The notes under the pieces were generated by a model, which worked only from the letters and a program-made list of their open reading frames with translations, had not been told where the DNA came from and did not search any database. A DNA stretch of 64,000 nucleotides, taken from NCBI GenBank assembly GCA_024763075.1, contig JANTGF010000007.1, positions 17,879 to 81,878 on the forward strand, in the 5' to 3' direction. The number at the start of each line of letters is the position of its first letter. The stretch's first letter is position 1. Positions 16,977 through 27,904 of this stretch are shown one piece after another. Made by a program: the position numbers and the translations under genes. The stretch comes from Bacteroidales bacterium (lineage in GTDB: Bacteria; Bacteroidota; Bacteroidia; Bacteroidales; VadinHA17).

Positions 16977-18071
16977 CTATAAAAATTTTACCGGATTAGT
17001 ATTAACCTCAGAAATTCGAAATGCAAAGGTAGGAAATTTTTCCTTAAGTAGTTCATAAAAAACATCTTTAACATGATGTTCGGTTTCATAATGGCCGGCG
17101 TCCGCTATCAGAATTTTGTTCTCTGCATTAAAAAATTCATGATATTTAAAGTCTCCTGAAATAAAGATATCGGCCTGTTGTTTTATTGCATCATTTAGCA
17201 AAAAACTCCCGCTTCCTCCGCAAACAGCAACAATCTTCACCCTTTTACCAAGAAAAGCAGTATGTTTAATTACCTGAGAACCCAATATTGATTTGATTTT
17301 TTTTAATAACTCCTTTTCTTCTATTGTATTTTTCAGCTCACCAATAAGACCCATACCTGCCATCTTATATTTATTGGCAAGGGGATATATATCATAAGCC
17401 ACCTCTTCATAGGGATGTGCATTAATCAATGCCTGAATAATTCTCTGTTTCAGGTGGGCCGGAAAAACGGTCTCCAGCCTGATCTCATTCTCAAAATGCA
17501 GTTTTCTCTTCTCCCCAACAAAAGGATGGGTATCCTTTCCTCCTCTGAAACTCCCCTTTCCGGATTGGGTAAAACTACATTGATCGTATTTCCCGATGGA
17601 GCCTGCACCTGCACTAAATAAAGATTTCCTGACTATTTCAAGATGGGTTTCAGGTATAAAAGTAACCAGCTTAAACAATGATTGTTCCACCGGACGAAGA
17701 ACTCTGATATTTTTCAAATGCAATTTCCCACATAAATAAGAATTTACTCCATCCGGGATGGCATCCATATTTGTATGGGCGGCATAAATGGCAATGTCTT
17801 CTTTAATAGCTTTTAATACAATTCTTTCAACCGCAGAAGAACCGGTAAGTTTCTTTAGACCTGAAAAAATCAGCGGATGATGGGCAATGATCAGACCTGC
17901 TCCCGTTCCAATGGCTTCCTGAAGAACTTCAGAAGTAACATCCAGCGTTATTAAGGCAGATTTAATTTCTTTTTCCCGATCTCCGATCAATAATCCTGAA
18001 TTATCGTACGATTCCTGAAAAGAAAGGGGTGCAAGACCTTCAAGGTAACGGGAAATATCTTTAATCCTCAT
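16977..18071 (-). CDS. Nif3-like dinuclear metal centre protein
   Basis: 364 aa. Contains YDNSGLLIG, AHHPLIF and HTNMD motifs, with an inserted PII-like domain. Confidence 0.85.
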   Translation of the reverse strand: MRIKDISRYLEGLAPLSFQESYDNSGLLIGDREKEIKSALITLDVTSEVLQEAIGTGAGLIIAHHPLIFSGLKKLTGSSAVERIVLKAIKEDIAIYAAHTNMDAIPDGVNSYLCGKLHLKNIRVLRPVEQSLFKLVTFIPETHLEIVRKSLFSAGAGSIGKYDQCSFTQSGKGSFRGGKDTHPFVGEKRKLHFENEIRLETVFPAHLKQRIIQALINAHPYEEVAYDIYPLANKYKMAGMGLIGELKNTIEEKELLKKIKSILGSQVIKHTAFLGKRVKIVAVCGGSGSFLLNDAIKQQADIFISGDFKYHEFFNAENKILIADAGHYETEHHVKDVFYELLKEKFPTFAFRISEVNTNPVKFL

Positions 18072-18092
18072 ACTAATCCATTTTGTTCCTGC

Positions 18093-18428
18093 CTACAAAG
18101 CATCTTTAACTTCCAGGAGTTGCTTTTTTATCCTCTCCAACGATTGTATCACTTCAAAATTCTGTTCCGTATCCTGTTTATTTTCTTTCAGTTTCTTTTT
18201 AACTCCTTTCAGGGTTAATCCCCTTTCTTTTACCAGATGAAAAATCAGGTGAAAATTTTCAATATCATCCGGAGTAAACAACCGGTTTCCCTTTTTATTC
18301 TTTTTGGGCTTGATAATATCAAACTCTTTTTCCCAGTACCGGATGAGGGATGTATTCACTTTGAACATTGCAGCAACCTCACCAATGGTATAATACAGTT
18401 TTTCAATCTTTGGTTCCTTGTAAGGCAT
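18093..18428 (-). CDS. MerR-family HTH transcriptional regulator
   Basis: 111 aa. YTIGEVAAMFKVNTSLIRYWEKEF is a canonical MerR N-terminal HTH. Confidence 0.8.
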   Translation of the reverse strand: MPYKEPKIEKLYYTIGEVAAMFKVNTSLIRYWEKEFDIIKPKKNKKGNRLFTPDDIENFHLIFHLVKERGLTLKGVKKKLKENKQDTEQNFEVIQSLERIKKQLLEVKDAL

Positions 18429-18587
18429 GATAATAGATAATAGTTAAACTAAGGTCTGTTACGGATACTAAATTAATAAATATTATTAAAATATTTACGC
18501 AGGCTCCGCTAAAAAACACAAAATCAACTAAATATTAATGCAATAGATAAAATATTGCCGTTTTAAGTGTAATTTTCTTAAGAAATG

Positions 18588-18622
18588 AAAAAAAGCAGTG
18601 TTCAATGAATACTGCTTTTTTA
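18588..18622 (-). terminator. rho-independent terminator of the M23 peptidase gene
   Basis: AGCAGT (18594-18599) pairs with ACTGCT (18611-18616). A and T runs flank both sides. Confidence 0.65.
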
Positions 18623-18642
18623 ATAAAATCTTATAAAAGGGT

Positions 18643-19617
18643 TTAATCGAAAGATTGACCGCTATTTGCAGACAACTCAATCATCCTTTCATATTCTTCC
18701 GGAGACAAATCATTGTTATAATAGTTCAATGGATTTACTTTTTTGCCATTTTGCTGAACTTCATAATGCAAGTGAGGAGCTGTAGATAAACCTGTACTCC
18801 CAACGAAACCGATTACATCCCCTCTCTTAACTTTCTGGCCTCTTTTAACGTTAAAACGACTCAAATGTCCGTACAGAGTACGGTAACCAAAGCCATGATC
18901 AATCACAATCTTGTTCCCATATCCCCTTTTGGATTTCTTTACCTGAATAACTTTTCCATCTCCTGTTGCATAGATCTCGGTACCGGTAGGTGCAGTAAAA
19001 TCCATTCCATAATGAAATTTACGGGTTTTATATATCGGATGTATCCTCCACCCCCACCCTGAGGCTGTCCTTTTCAGGTCTTTGTTTGAAATTGGCATGA
19101 TAGCAGGGATACTGGCCAGCATAATATCCTTATTTTTGGCCATTTTAATAAGGTCATCATATGATTTTGACTGTATATAAATCCTTTTTGACAAGGCATC
19201 CAATTCCTTCGCAGTATTAATTACAAGATCAGAATAATCAAAACCTTCCAGGTTTGAATATCTGTCAACACCTCCAACCCCTTGTATTCTGATTGAATTT
19301 GAAATAGGCTCTGCCTCAAAAATTGTCCGGTATAAATTGTCGTCTCTCTCCTCAAGATCCGTAACTACAGCCTGCATTTGATCCAGCTTTTTTGTCATAA
19401 CTTCAAACTGGGAAATAAGTTGATGATTTTCTCTTTTCAGCTTGCGTTCTGTAGGTGTTCCAAAAAACTGAGAGAAAATTAAAATATATAAAAACGCCAG
19501 AATCAAACTACCACCCATATAGGCAAGTATCCTTAGTAGCCGGTCACTGGTATTGAATTCAATCCTGTCATACTTTAAAGATTCCGGATTAAATTTAAAT
19601 TTTTCTTTTTTTGCCAT
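18643..19617 (-). CDS. M23 family metallopeptidase (membrane-anchored)
   Basis: N-terminal TM helix, a coiled coil, and HYGMDF...HLHYEV LytM-type motifs. Confidence 0.85.
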   Translation of the reverse strand: MAKKEKFKFNPESLKYDRIEFNTSDRLLRILAYMGGSLILAFLYILIFSQFFGTPTERKLKRENHQLISQFEVMTKKLDQMQAVVTDLEERDDNLYRTIFEAEPISNSIRIQGVGGVDRYSNLEGFDYSDLVINTAKELDALSKRIYIQSKSYDDLIKMAKNKDIMLASIPAIMPISNKDLKRTASGWGWRIHPIYKTRKFHYGMDFTAPTGTEIYATGDGKVIQVKKSKRGYGNKIVIDHGFGYRTLYGHLSRFNVKRGQKVKRGDVIGFVGSTGLSTAPHLHYEVQQNGKKVNPLNYYNNDLSPEEYERMIELSANSGQSFD

Positions 19618-19739
19618 AAAAAATTACACAATTGATATTTAAAGAAAAAAACGTCGCAAAATAGTTGAAAAAAAGTAATTTTACAATTCTTTTTGACGAA
19701 CGGTTGGTTTTCAGTGATTAATACGATTTAATTAGAAAA

Positions 19740-22412
19740 ATGTTTAGAAATATAATGCAAAATTCTCAAATAAGGAAGAAATTTTTAGATTTTTTTGAAA
19801 AAAAATCGCATAAAATCATCCCCTCTGCTCCCATGGTTGTGAAAAATGATCCCAGCCTGATGTTTACTAATGCAGGGATGAATCAGTTTAAAGATATTTT
19901 CCTGGGCAACACCATTCCCGAAAACAGCAGGGTAGCAAATACGCAGAAATGTCTGAGGGTATCCGGTAAACACAATGATCTGGAAGAAGTGGGTCATGAC
20001 ACCTATCATCATACAATGTTCGAAATGTTAGGAAACTGGTCTTTTGGGTCAAAAGAACATCCTGAGGGTGGTTATTTCAAAAAAGAAGCCATTTCCTGGG
20101 CCATGGAATTCCTGACCGGAGAATTAAAAATTCCAAAAGATCTTTTATATGCAACGGTTTTTGAAGGTGATAAGGGAATTGGGCTTCCCAAGGATACCGA
20201 AGCAGAAAACTACTGGAAGAAGGTTTTGGATGCAGATAAGGTTCTGGAGGGATCAAAAAAGGACAACTTCTGGGAAATGGGTGAAACCGGTCCCTGTGGC
20301 CCTTGCTCGGAAATCCATATTGACCTGAGGCCTGAGAATGAAAGGATCAGAATTCCCGGAAATAAACTGGTAAATAAAGATCATCCACTGGTGATCGAAA
20401 TATGGAATCTAGTATTCATCCAGTATAACCGGCTGGCATCCGGTAAACTTGAGCCTTTACCTGCAAGACATGTGGATACAGGGATGGGCTTCGAAAGACT
20501 GTGCATGGTAGTACAGGGAAAAAAATCAAACTATGATACGGATATTTTCCAACCTCTTTTACTACAAATTGCAAAACTTTCAGATAAAAAGTACGGACAG
20601 GAAAATAAACTGGATGTGGCAATGCGTGTAATTGCTGATCACCTTCGGGCGGTTTCTTTTTCCATTGCTGACGGTCAACTTCCTTCTAATAATAAGGCGG
20701 GTTATGTAATCCGCAGAATTCTGCGCAGAGCTATAAGATATGCATATTCTTTTCTGGACCAAACCGAACCATTTATATATAAGCTGGTACCAGTCCTGGC
20801 AGAAAATATGGGTACTGCTTATCCCGAACTTAATTCCCAGAAAGAATTAATTGAGAAAGTAATCAGGGAAGAAGAAACAACTTTTCTAAAAACTCTTGAA
20901 ACCGGTATCAAATTGCTTGAAAACCTGGCTGAAAAAATGAAAAAGCAGAACCTCTCCTCTATTGACGGTAAAGATGCATTTACATTGTATGATACCTATG
21001 GATTCCCTATCGACCTGACGGAGCTAATTGCTGCAGAACACGGACTGACAGTTGATCTGAATGGTTTTAACCAACACATGCAAATACAAAAAGACCGTTC
21101 CCGAAATGACGGAAAACTCAGCCTTGAAGACTGGACAGAGGTAACAGAAAGTGATACGGCAGAATTTGTTGGCTATGACCATACAGAAGCAGAAGTGAAA
21201 ATAATTAAATACCGTAAGATCACTCATAAAGGGAAAAAATTTTTTCAACTGGTATTTAATACAACTCCTTTCTATGCTGAAAGTGGAGGACAGGTGGGTG
21301 ACTCCGGATTTATACAATCGGCATCAGAAAAAATTGAAATACTGGATACACAAAAAGAAAATGAATTAAGCGTTCATATAACAAAGTCCCTGCCTGAAAA
21401 CCTCACATCTGTATATCATGCAGTGGTTAATAAAAGAAAACGAATAAATACTGAAAATAATCATTCAGCCACTCACCTTCTTCACAAAGCACTTAGAAAT
21501 GTACTGGGACAACATGTTGAACAAAAGGGATCGCTTGTTCATCCTGATTATCTGAGATTTGATTTCAGTCACTTTCAAAAATTAAGCAAGGAAGAGATTG
21601 AAAAAATTGAAGATAAAGTAAATATAGATATCCGGAATAATTACCCCCTGGAAGAAAATCGTGAAGTTCCTTTTAACGAAGCCATTAGTAAGGGTGCTAT
21701 TGCATTATTTGGCGAAAAATATGCAGACAGGGTAAGAGTCATTAAATTTGGAGAATCAGTAGAATTGTGTGGGGGAACTCATGCCAAAACCACAGGACAG
21801 ATCGGCTTTTTTAAAATACTTTCAGAATCATCAATCGCTGCGGGAATCAGGCGTATTGAAGCCATAACCGGAGAAGCTGTGGAAAAGTATTTCAGAAACC
21901 TTCAGAGCACACTGGAAAACATCACTCAGGTGGTAAAGTCACCCGTGAATGTAGAAAAAGCGGTTAAAGCTCTTGTGGTGGAAAATAATTCATTAAAGAA
22001 AAAAGTGGAGGTTTTTGAAAAAGAAAAACTAAAAAATCTGAAAACTGATTTGATCAACAATCATCTGGAAGAGAAGGAGGGATTTTCTATTATTGCAAAA
22101 AAAGTAGAAATGGGCTCGCCGTCAGAATTAAAAGACCTGGCATTTCAGCTAAGAAATTACAGGGATAACCTGGTTTGCATTTTGGGATCTGAGATCGGTG
22201 GAAAAGCGCATCTGGTTATCATGATCGCCGATTCACTGGTAAAAAATACCAAACTTAATGCAGGTGAGATTATCAGAAAAGTTTCAGGACATATCCAGGG
22301 AGGAGGTGGCGGACAGCCATTTTTAGCAACTGCCGGAGGAAAAAACCCCGGAGGGATCAGGGAAGCTTTGCTTTCTGCCAAAGAGCTTATTTCCGGGCAA
22401 TTATCAACATAA
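19740..22412 (+). CDS. alaS: alanine--tRNA ligase
   Basis: 890 aa. Contains FLDFFEKKSH, FTNAGMNQFK, an editing-domain HSATHLL motif and a C-terminal DHHA1-like GGGG tail. An alternative ATG at 19755 is possible. Confidence 0.95.
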   Translation: MFRNIMQNSQIRKKFLDFFEKKSHKIIPSAPMVVKNDPSLMFTNAGMNQFKDIFLGNTIPENSRVANTQKCLRVSGKHNDLEEVGHDTYHHTMFEMLGNWSFGSKEHPEGGYFKKEAISWAMEFLTGELKIPKDLLYATVFEGDKGIGLPKDTEAENYWKKVLDADKVLEGSKKDNFWEMGETGPCGPCSEIHIDLRPENERIRIPGNKLVNKDHPLVIEIWNLVFIQYNRLASGKLEPLPARHVDTGMGFERLCMVVQGKKSNYDTDIFQPLLLQIAKLSDKKYGQENKLDVAMRVIADHLRAVSFSIADGQLPSNNKAGYVIRRILRRAIRYAYSFLDQTEPFIYKLVPVLAENMGTAYPELNSQKELIEKVIREEETTFLKTLETGIKLLENLAEKMKKQNLSSIDGKDAFTLYDTYGFPIDLTELIAAEHGLTVDLNGFNQHMQIQKDRSRNDGKLSLEDWTEVTESDTAEFVGYDHTEAEVKIIKYRKITHKGKKFFQLVFNTTPFYAESGGQVGDSGFIQSASEKIEILDTQKENELSVHITKSLPENLTSVYHAVVNKRKRINTENNHSATHLLHKALRNVLGQHVEQKGSLVHPDYLRFDFSHFQKLSKEEIEKIEDKVNIDIRNNYPLEENREVPFNEAISKGAIALFGEKYADRVRVIKFGESVELCGGTHAKTTGQIGFFKILSESSIAAGIRRIEAITGEAVEKYFRNLQSTLENITQVVKSPVNVEKAVKALVVENNSLKKKVEVFEKEKLKNLKTDLINNHLEEKEGFSIIAKKVEMGSPSELKDLAFQLRNYRDNLVCILGSEIGGKAHLVIMIADSLVKNTKLNAGEIIRKVSGHIQGGGGGQPFLATAGGKNPGGIREALLSAKELISGQLST

Positions 22413-22497
22413 TATAATTTTGTTGTTTAACGGGCTCCGTCAGATTTCAAAAACCCGGTATTTTTATTATATTTATCCTGACTAGAAAATCCGGTTT

Positions 22498-24279
22498 ATG
22501 ATTACGCGAACTTTTGAGATACCCGCATACTGTCATAAGAACCATCCGCGTGATGATATTTTTGCCACTAAGAAAGATGGCAGATGGAACAAAATTTCAA
22601 CATCTGAATATCTTGAGAAATCTCAATTGGTTGCTTTAGGATTTATTTCACTTGGTTTGAAAAAGTATGATAAAATTGCCACTATTTGCAGCAATAACCG
22701 GCCCGAATGGAATTTTATCGATATGGGAGCAAGTATGGCCGGGCTTATTCATGTTCCTGTTTACCCCACTCTCAGCCAAAAGGAATTTAATTTCATTTTT
22801 AATCAGGCTGAAATAAAACACATTTTTGTTTCGGATGAAAAAATTTACAGTTTAATCAGACCATCCATTGAAAATACACCCAATGTAATAAATACTTATA
22901 TCGTTACCGGAAAAATCAATGGTGTAAGTAACTGGGAAGTTGTACCAGAACAGGGGAGGCAAAATCGTAAAAAATACCATGATGAACTAAAAATCAGGCA
23001 GCAGGAAACCAAATCCGGAGACCCTGCAACCTTATTATATACATCAGGGACAACCGGGAATCCGAAAGGGGTTTTACTCTCACATGAAAATTTAATCAGT
23101 AATCTGCTCTCAGTTTCAAGTTTACACCCCTTAAAAAAAGGTGACAGGACACTCAGTTTCCTTCCACTTAGTCATATTTATGAACGATCATCCAATTACC
23201 AGTTTCAATATTCCGGGGTTAGTATATATTATGCAGAAAGCCTCCATAAATTGCCTGAAAATATTAGAGAAGTGAGGCCTCATGCACTTACCGCTGTTCC
23301 CCGCGTTCTGGAAAAAATACAGGATAATTTTACTATACAGGGAGAAACGTTAAGAGATTTAAAGTTTAAGATCTTTCAATTCTCAGTTAATCTTACAAAA
23401 ACTTATCCTTCAAACCACCGAAAATCCATATCTTTTATCCTTAAGAGGTTAATTGCAGATCAGTTTGTCTTTAAGAATTTCAGAAAGCAACTGGGTGGAA
23501 ACATCAAATATATTGGTTGTGGGGGCGCACGACTTTATCCCGGAATTGAAAAATTATTATGGACAGCCGGAGTTCCTGTGTTTCAGGGTTATGGATTAAC
23601 CGAAACCTCTCCACTCATTTCTTTGAATACATATCCTCTGAGGAAAAAGAGCAAAATAGGTTCCATTGGTCCTGTCATACCGGGTGTACGGGTAAAAATC
23701 GCTGAAGATGGAGAAATCCTGTGTAAAGGTCCCAATGTAATGCTTGGATATTACCTTGATGATAAAAGTACAAAAAATGCAATCAGTAAAAAAGGCTGGT
23801 TTCATACCGGTGATTTAGGACATCTGTCCGATGATGGTTTCCTTTACATCATCGGCCGGAAGAAAGAAATATTTAAAACTTCATATGGTAAATACATTGC
23901 ACCCCAGAACATTGAAAGTCATTTCAGGGATTCATTATTGATCTCACAAATCATGGTTGTGGGAGAAGGTGAAAAATATGTTGGCGCCCTTATTCTTCCG
24001 AATTTTGAGTTATTGAATAAATGGATAAGATCATTTTACAAAACAAGGGATTTCAGCAGGGAGGAACTGATTGAACTACCCCAGATCAAAAATCTTCTTA
24101 AAATAGAGATCAATAATCTTAACAAACACCTTAGCAGTTTTGAACAAATAAAAAAGTACAGGTGCATTTCTGATGAATGGTCGCTTTCAAGTGGCGAATT
24201 CTCACATAACCTTAAATTGAAACGCTCTTTTATTTCTAAGAAATATGCACTTCAGATCCAACAGATTTTTAAAGACTGA
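22498..24279 (+). CDS. long-chain acyl-CoA synthetase (AMP-forming)
   Basis: 593 aa with AMP-binding motif YTSGTTGNPKGV plus GYGLTET and GWFHTGD. Confidence 0.85.
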   Translation: MITRTFEIPAYCHKNHPRDDIFATKKDGRWNKISTSEYLEKSQLVALGFISLGLKKYDKIATICSNNRPEWNFIDMGASMAGLIHVPVYPTLSQKEFNFIFNQAEIKHIFVSDEKIYSLIRPSIENTPNVINTYIVTGKINGVSNWEVVPEQGRQNRKKYHDELKIRQQETKSGDPATLLYTSGTTGNPKGVLLSHENLISNLLSVSSLHPLKKGDRTLSFLPLSHIYERSSNYQFQYSGVSIYYAESLHKLPENIREVRPHALTAVPRVLEKIQDNFTIQGETLRDLKFKIFQFSVNLTKTYPSNHRKSISFILKRLIADQFVFKNFRKQLGGNIKYIGCGGARLYPGIEKLLWTAGVPVFQGYGLTETSPLISLNTYPLRKKSKIGSIGPVIPGVRVKIAEDGEILCKGPNVMLGYYLDDKSTKNAISKKGWFHTGDLGHLSDDGFLYIIGRKKEIFKTSYGKYIAPQNIESHFRDSLLISQIMVVGEGEKYVGALILPNFELLNKWIRSFYKTRDFSREELIELPQIKNLLKIEINNLNKHLSSFEQIKKYRCISDEWSLSSGEFSHNLKLKRSFISKKYALQIQQIFKD

Positions 24280-24432
24280 CAAGCTCAGCTATAAAATCTT
24301 AATTGCACCGTTCGAAAAATCCAGCTCTGACTTTACACCAATAAAATACTGATTTATGAATACTTATAGGATACTGGAAATCAAATTAATTCTTTTGGCA
24401 TTATTCAGTCGAAAAAATTAAAGATAAATCTT

Positions 24433-24440
24433 TATATTTG
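24433..24440 (+). promoter_or_regulatory. Bacteroidota -7 box TATATTTG
   Basis: TAnnTTTG match 21 nt upstream of the ATG at 24461. Confidence 0.4.
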
Positions 24441-24460
24441 AGAAATTAAATAAACTAACT

Positions 24461-26239
24461 ATGGAATTTAGAAGAACTTTTGACTTATTGGACTACACAC
24501 TGGAAAAGTATAACAATTCAGTTGCACTTGCAGGAAAAGTGAATAAAAAATGGGTAACCTACTCTCAGAAAGAATTCAACGAAATAGCCACCAACTTTAG
24601 TTATGGCTTACTGGAACTCGGGATGAAACCCGGTGACAGAATAGCATTGGTGTCAAATAACCGGCCTGAATGGAACTTCATTGATATGGGCATAAGCCAG
24701 GCCGGGATGATCCATCTACCTATATATCCAACGATCTCAGTGGAGGAATATGAATACATCTTCAATGATGCTGAGCCAAAAATTCTGATCATTTCTGATA
24801 AAAATTTATATACTAAAATTCAACCCATTCTAAGTAAAATAAAAAGTCTTAAAGCTGTCTATACCATCAATAAAGTTGAAGACACCAGAAACTGGGATGA
24901 AATCATAAATCTGGGACAGCAAAATGCTGAAAAACACAGGGATAAATTAATAGAAATAAAGCAAAGGATTCAACCTGAGGATCTTGTAACCCTGATATAT
25001 ACTTCAGGAACTACAGGTTTTCCTAAAGGAGTAATGCTCAGCCATTCAAACCTTGTAAGTAATGCTATTGCAACATCTGTTGTACATTCCAACGGTCATG
25101 GGGCCAAATGCCTTAGTTTTCTACCTCTTTGCCATATTTATGAAAGAATGCTGATCTACCACTATATGTATAAAGGAATCAGTATCTATTATGCCGAAAA
25201 TATGGGTACAATTGTGAATGACCTGAAAGACATTCAGCCCGACCTGTTTTCAACGGTCCCCCGTTTACTGGAAACCGTTTATGATAAAATTTTAGGTAAA
25301 GGTAAAGATCTCCCCTATCTGAAAAAACAAATCTTTTTCTGGGCGGTAAACCTGGGCCATAAGTTTAGACTACACGGGCAAAACTCATGGTTTTACAAAA
25401 AGAGGCTTGCAATTGCCGATAAACTTATTTTTACTAAATGGAGGGAGGCCCTGGGTGGTAATGTGAAAACAATTGTCTCAGGAGGTGCAGCCCTTCAACC
25501 CAGGCTTGCAACCATCTTCTGGGCTGCAAAAATCCATGTTATTGAAGGCTATGGTTTAACTGAAACTTCACCGGTAATCGCAGTCAACAACCTGGTTACG
25601 GATGAGGTAATGGTTGGAACCGTTGGACCTCTCATCAAAGATGTTCAGGTGAAAATTGCTGAAGATGGTGAAATCTTAACAAAAGGTCCGCATATTATGA
25701 TGGGTTATTATAAAAAGCCGGATCTGACAAAAGAAGTGATAGATGAAGATGGCTGGTTCCATACCGGTGATATAGGAAAAATGATTGACAATAAATATTT
25801 GAAAATCACCGACCGGAAAAAAGAAATATTTAAGCTTTCAAGTGGAAAATATGTAGCACCACAGGTAATTGAAAATAAGTTTAAAGAATCCCTATTTATT
25901 GAACAATTGATGGTAATTGGAGAAAATGAGAAATTTGCCAGTGCCCTGATCTCTCCAAATTTTGAATTTTTACACAACTGGTGTTTCCTTCACAAAATAA
26001 AATACAGGGATAATGAGCACCTGATCCAAATACCTGAGGTAATAGCAAGGTATCAGAAAGAAGTGAATAATTTAAATAAAGATCTGGCTTTCCATGAGCA
26101 AATTAAAAGGTTCAGGCTGGTGTGCAAGGAATGGTCACCCGCAACAGGGGAACTCTCTCCCACATTAAAACTTAAAAGAGGAGTTCTTTATAAAGAGTAC
26201 GATAAAATAATCAAAGAAATTTTTTCTGTTTCAGGATAA
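24461..26239 (+). CDS. long-chain acyl-CoA synthetase (AMP-forming), paralog
   Basis: 592 aa with YTSGTTGFPKGV, GYGLTET and GWFHTGD. Colinear with the upstream paralog. Confidence 0.85.
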   Translation: MEFRRTFDLLDYTLEKYNNSVALAGKVNKKWVTYSQKEFNEIATNFSYGLLELGMKPGDRIALVSNNRPEWNFIDMGISQAGMIHLPIYPTISVEEYEYIFNDAEPKILIISDKNLYTKIQPILSKIKSLKAVYTINKVEDTRNWDEIINLGQQNAEKHRDKLIEIKQRIQPEDLVTLIYTSGTTGFPKGVMLSHSNLVSNAIATSVVHSNGHGAKCLSFLPLCHIYERMLIYHYMYKGISIYYAENMGTIVNDLKDIQPDLFSTVPRLLETVYDKILGKGKDLPYLKKQIFFWAVNLGHKFRLHGQNSWFYKKRLAIADKLIFTKWREALGGNVKTIVSGGAALQPRLATIFWAAKIHVIEGYGLTETSPVIAVNNLVTDEVMVGTVGPLIKDVQVKIAEDGEILTKGPHIMMGYYKKPDLTKEVIDEDGWFHTGDIGKMIDNKYLKITDRKKEIFKLSSGKYVAPQVIENKFKESLFIEQLMVIGENEKFASALISPNFEFLHNWCFLHKIKYRDNEHLIQIPEVIARYQKEVNNLNKDLAFHEQIKRFRLVCKEWSPATGELSPTLKLKRGVLYKEYDKIIKEIFSVSG

Positions 26240-26322
26240 ATTTCAATACTCAAACAGCAATATTCAAAATTTGTAAATGTTTGGAATCTATAAATTTCCG
26301 GATTGTTCAGCTTGACTATTCA

Positions 26323-27798
26323 TCATTGTCGTATTTTCTTTTTTCTCAATAGCAACAATCCTAGAAATGTAACCAGCCCGTTTAAGATCAAAAACTCAAA
26401 ACCCATATGGTATCCCGGGAATATATGAGATGAATATATCTTAATTACATGACTGATTAATGGAGACAGAATAGCAACAGCAGGGATCCATTTATCCTTC
26501 ACCTGAATTTTAGTAAATAAACCAAACGCATACAAACCCAGCAAAGGTCCGTAGGTATAGCCGGCAACTTTGAATACAGCAGTTATCACACTGTCGTTAT
26601 TAATGATGCGGAAAATCACAATAATGAGAAACAAAACAACTGAAAAGCCAATATGAACAAACAAACGGCTTAGTTTCTGCCGTTTTTCGGACTTATTATC
26701 CAGTTTTAAAAAATCCACACAAAAGGCCGTGGTAAGTGCCGTAAGTGCCGAGTCTGCACTGGAAAAAGCTGCTGCTGTAATACCGAGTAAAAAAACAATT
26801 CCAACAAGCGGGGTAAAATACCTGAGTGCAAGAACAGGATAAAGGTCGTCGGACCTGACAGGGATAGCGATTCCATTTTGGTTGGCATACATATAAAGAA
26901 GAAAACCCAGTATCAAAAACAACAAATTAACCGGAACCAGAATGGCACTGAACCAGTACATATTCTTCTTGGCTTCACCAATATTTTTACAAGTCAGGTT
27001 TTTTTGCATCATATTCTGATCCAGTCCGGTCATTACTATAGCAATAAATGCTCCGGAAAAGAACTGCTTCAGAAAAAACTTCGAACTTTTCCAGTCCCAG
27101 AAGAAAATCTTTGAATACTCATGCTCTGCCATAGTTGCATATAATCCACGAGGTGTAAGGTTTAAATCTTTTGCAATGATATAAATGGTGATCACAACTG
27201 AAAGAAGCATAAAAAATGTTTGCAGGGTATCTGTCCAAACAATTGTTTTTATCCCTGACCGGAAGGTGTAAATCCATATCAGTAAAATGGTCACAATAAC
27301 CGTAACCACAAATGGTATTCCATAAGCATCGAAAAAGGCAATCTGCAGAACTCCAGCCACCAGAAACAGGCGCAGGGCAGCTCCCATTGACTGGGAAAGA
27401 AGGAAAAATAAAGATCCTGTTTTGTAGGTATTCAATCCGAATCTCTGTTTTAAATAAGTATAGATTGAAACCAGATTCAATTTGTAATACATTGGCAAAA
27501 GCACATTGGCAATTACAAAATAGCCCAGTAAATATCCCAGTACAAGTTGGAAATAGGAAAAAGCTTTAAAATAGGGTTCCTTTTCAGAAATAAGTGCACC
27601 TACTTCACCGGGTATGGAAATAAAAGTTACACCGGATAATGAGGCGCCAATCATTCCAAAAGCAACTACAAACCAGGGTGACTGCTTATTTCCTGTAAAA
27701 AAAGTCTGATTACTGGAATCTTTTGAAGTAAAATATGAAATGAGGATCAACAGGGAAAAATAACCTGCAATAATTCCGAATACCAGAAGAGGATTCAT
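26323..27798 (-). CDS. sodium:solute symporter family transporter
   Basis: 491 aa with about 13 TM helices and an SSF-like pattern (GASLSGVTFISIPG). Confidence 0.8.
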   Translation of the reverse strand: MNPLLVFGIIAGYFSLLILISYFTSKDSSNQTFFTGNKQSPWFVVAFGMIGASLSGVTFISIPGEVGALISEKEPYFKAFSYFQLVLGYLLGYFVIANVLLPMYYKLNLVSIYTYLKQRFGLNTYKTGSLFFLLSQSMGAALRLFLVAGVLQIAFFDAYGIPFVVTVIVTILLIWIYTFRSGIKTIVWTDTLQTFFMLLSVVITIYIIAKDLNLTPRGLYATMAEHEYSKIFFWDWKSSKFFLKQFFSGAFIAIVMTGLDQNMMQKNLTCKNIGEAKKNMYWFSAILVPVNLLFLILGFLLYMYANQNGIAIPVRSDDLYPVLALRYFTPLVGIVFLLGITAAAFSSADSALTALTTAFCVDFLKLDNKSEKRQKLSRLFVHIGFSVVLFLIIVIFRIINNDSVITAVFKVAGYTYGPLLGLYAFGLFTKIQVKDKWIPAVAILSPLISHVIKIYSSHIFPGYHMGFEFLILNGLVTFLGLLLLRKKKIRQ

Positions 27799-27873
27799 AC
27801 TCCGTTTATTTTTGTTTCACAAGAATACTAAAAACATTTAAAATAAAAAATTGCATTTACATTTAATGAATCG

Positions 27874-27881
27874 TATTTTTG
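27874..27881 (+). promoter_or_regulatory. Bacteroidota -7 box TATTTTTG
   Basis: TAnnTTTG match 24 nt upstream of the ATG at 27905. It lies inside the longer track ORF, which supports the shorter recR start. Confidence 0.45.
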
Positions 27882-27904
27882 AATCGAATTTTAATACCAG
27901 AAAA

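Noticed and set aside
19786-19807. GATTTTTTTGAAAAAAAATC quasi-palindrome (T7-G-A8) near the alaS start
   Set aside because: It encodes the conserved LDFFEKK segment of AlaS, and the arms would leave no loop. It is a coincidental consequence of codon choice.
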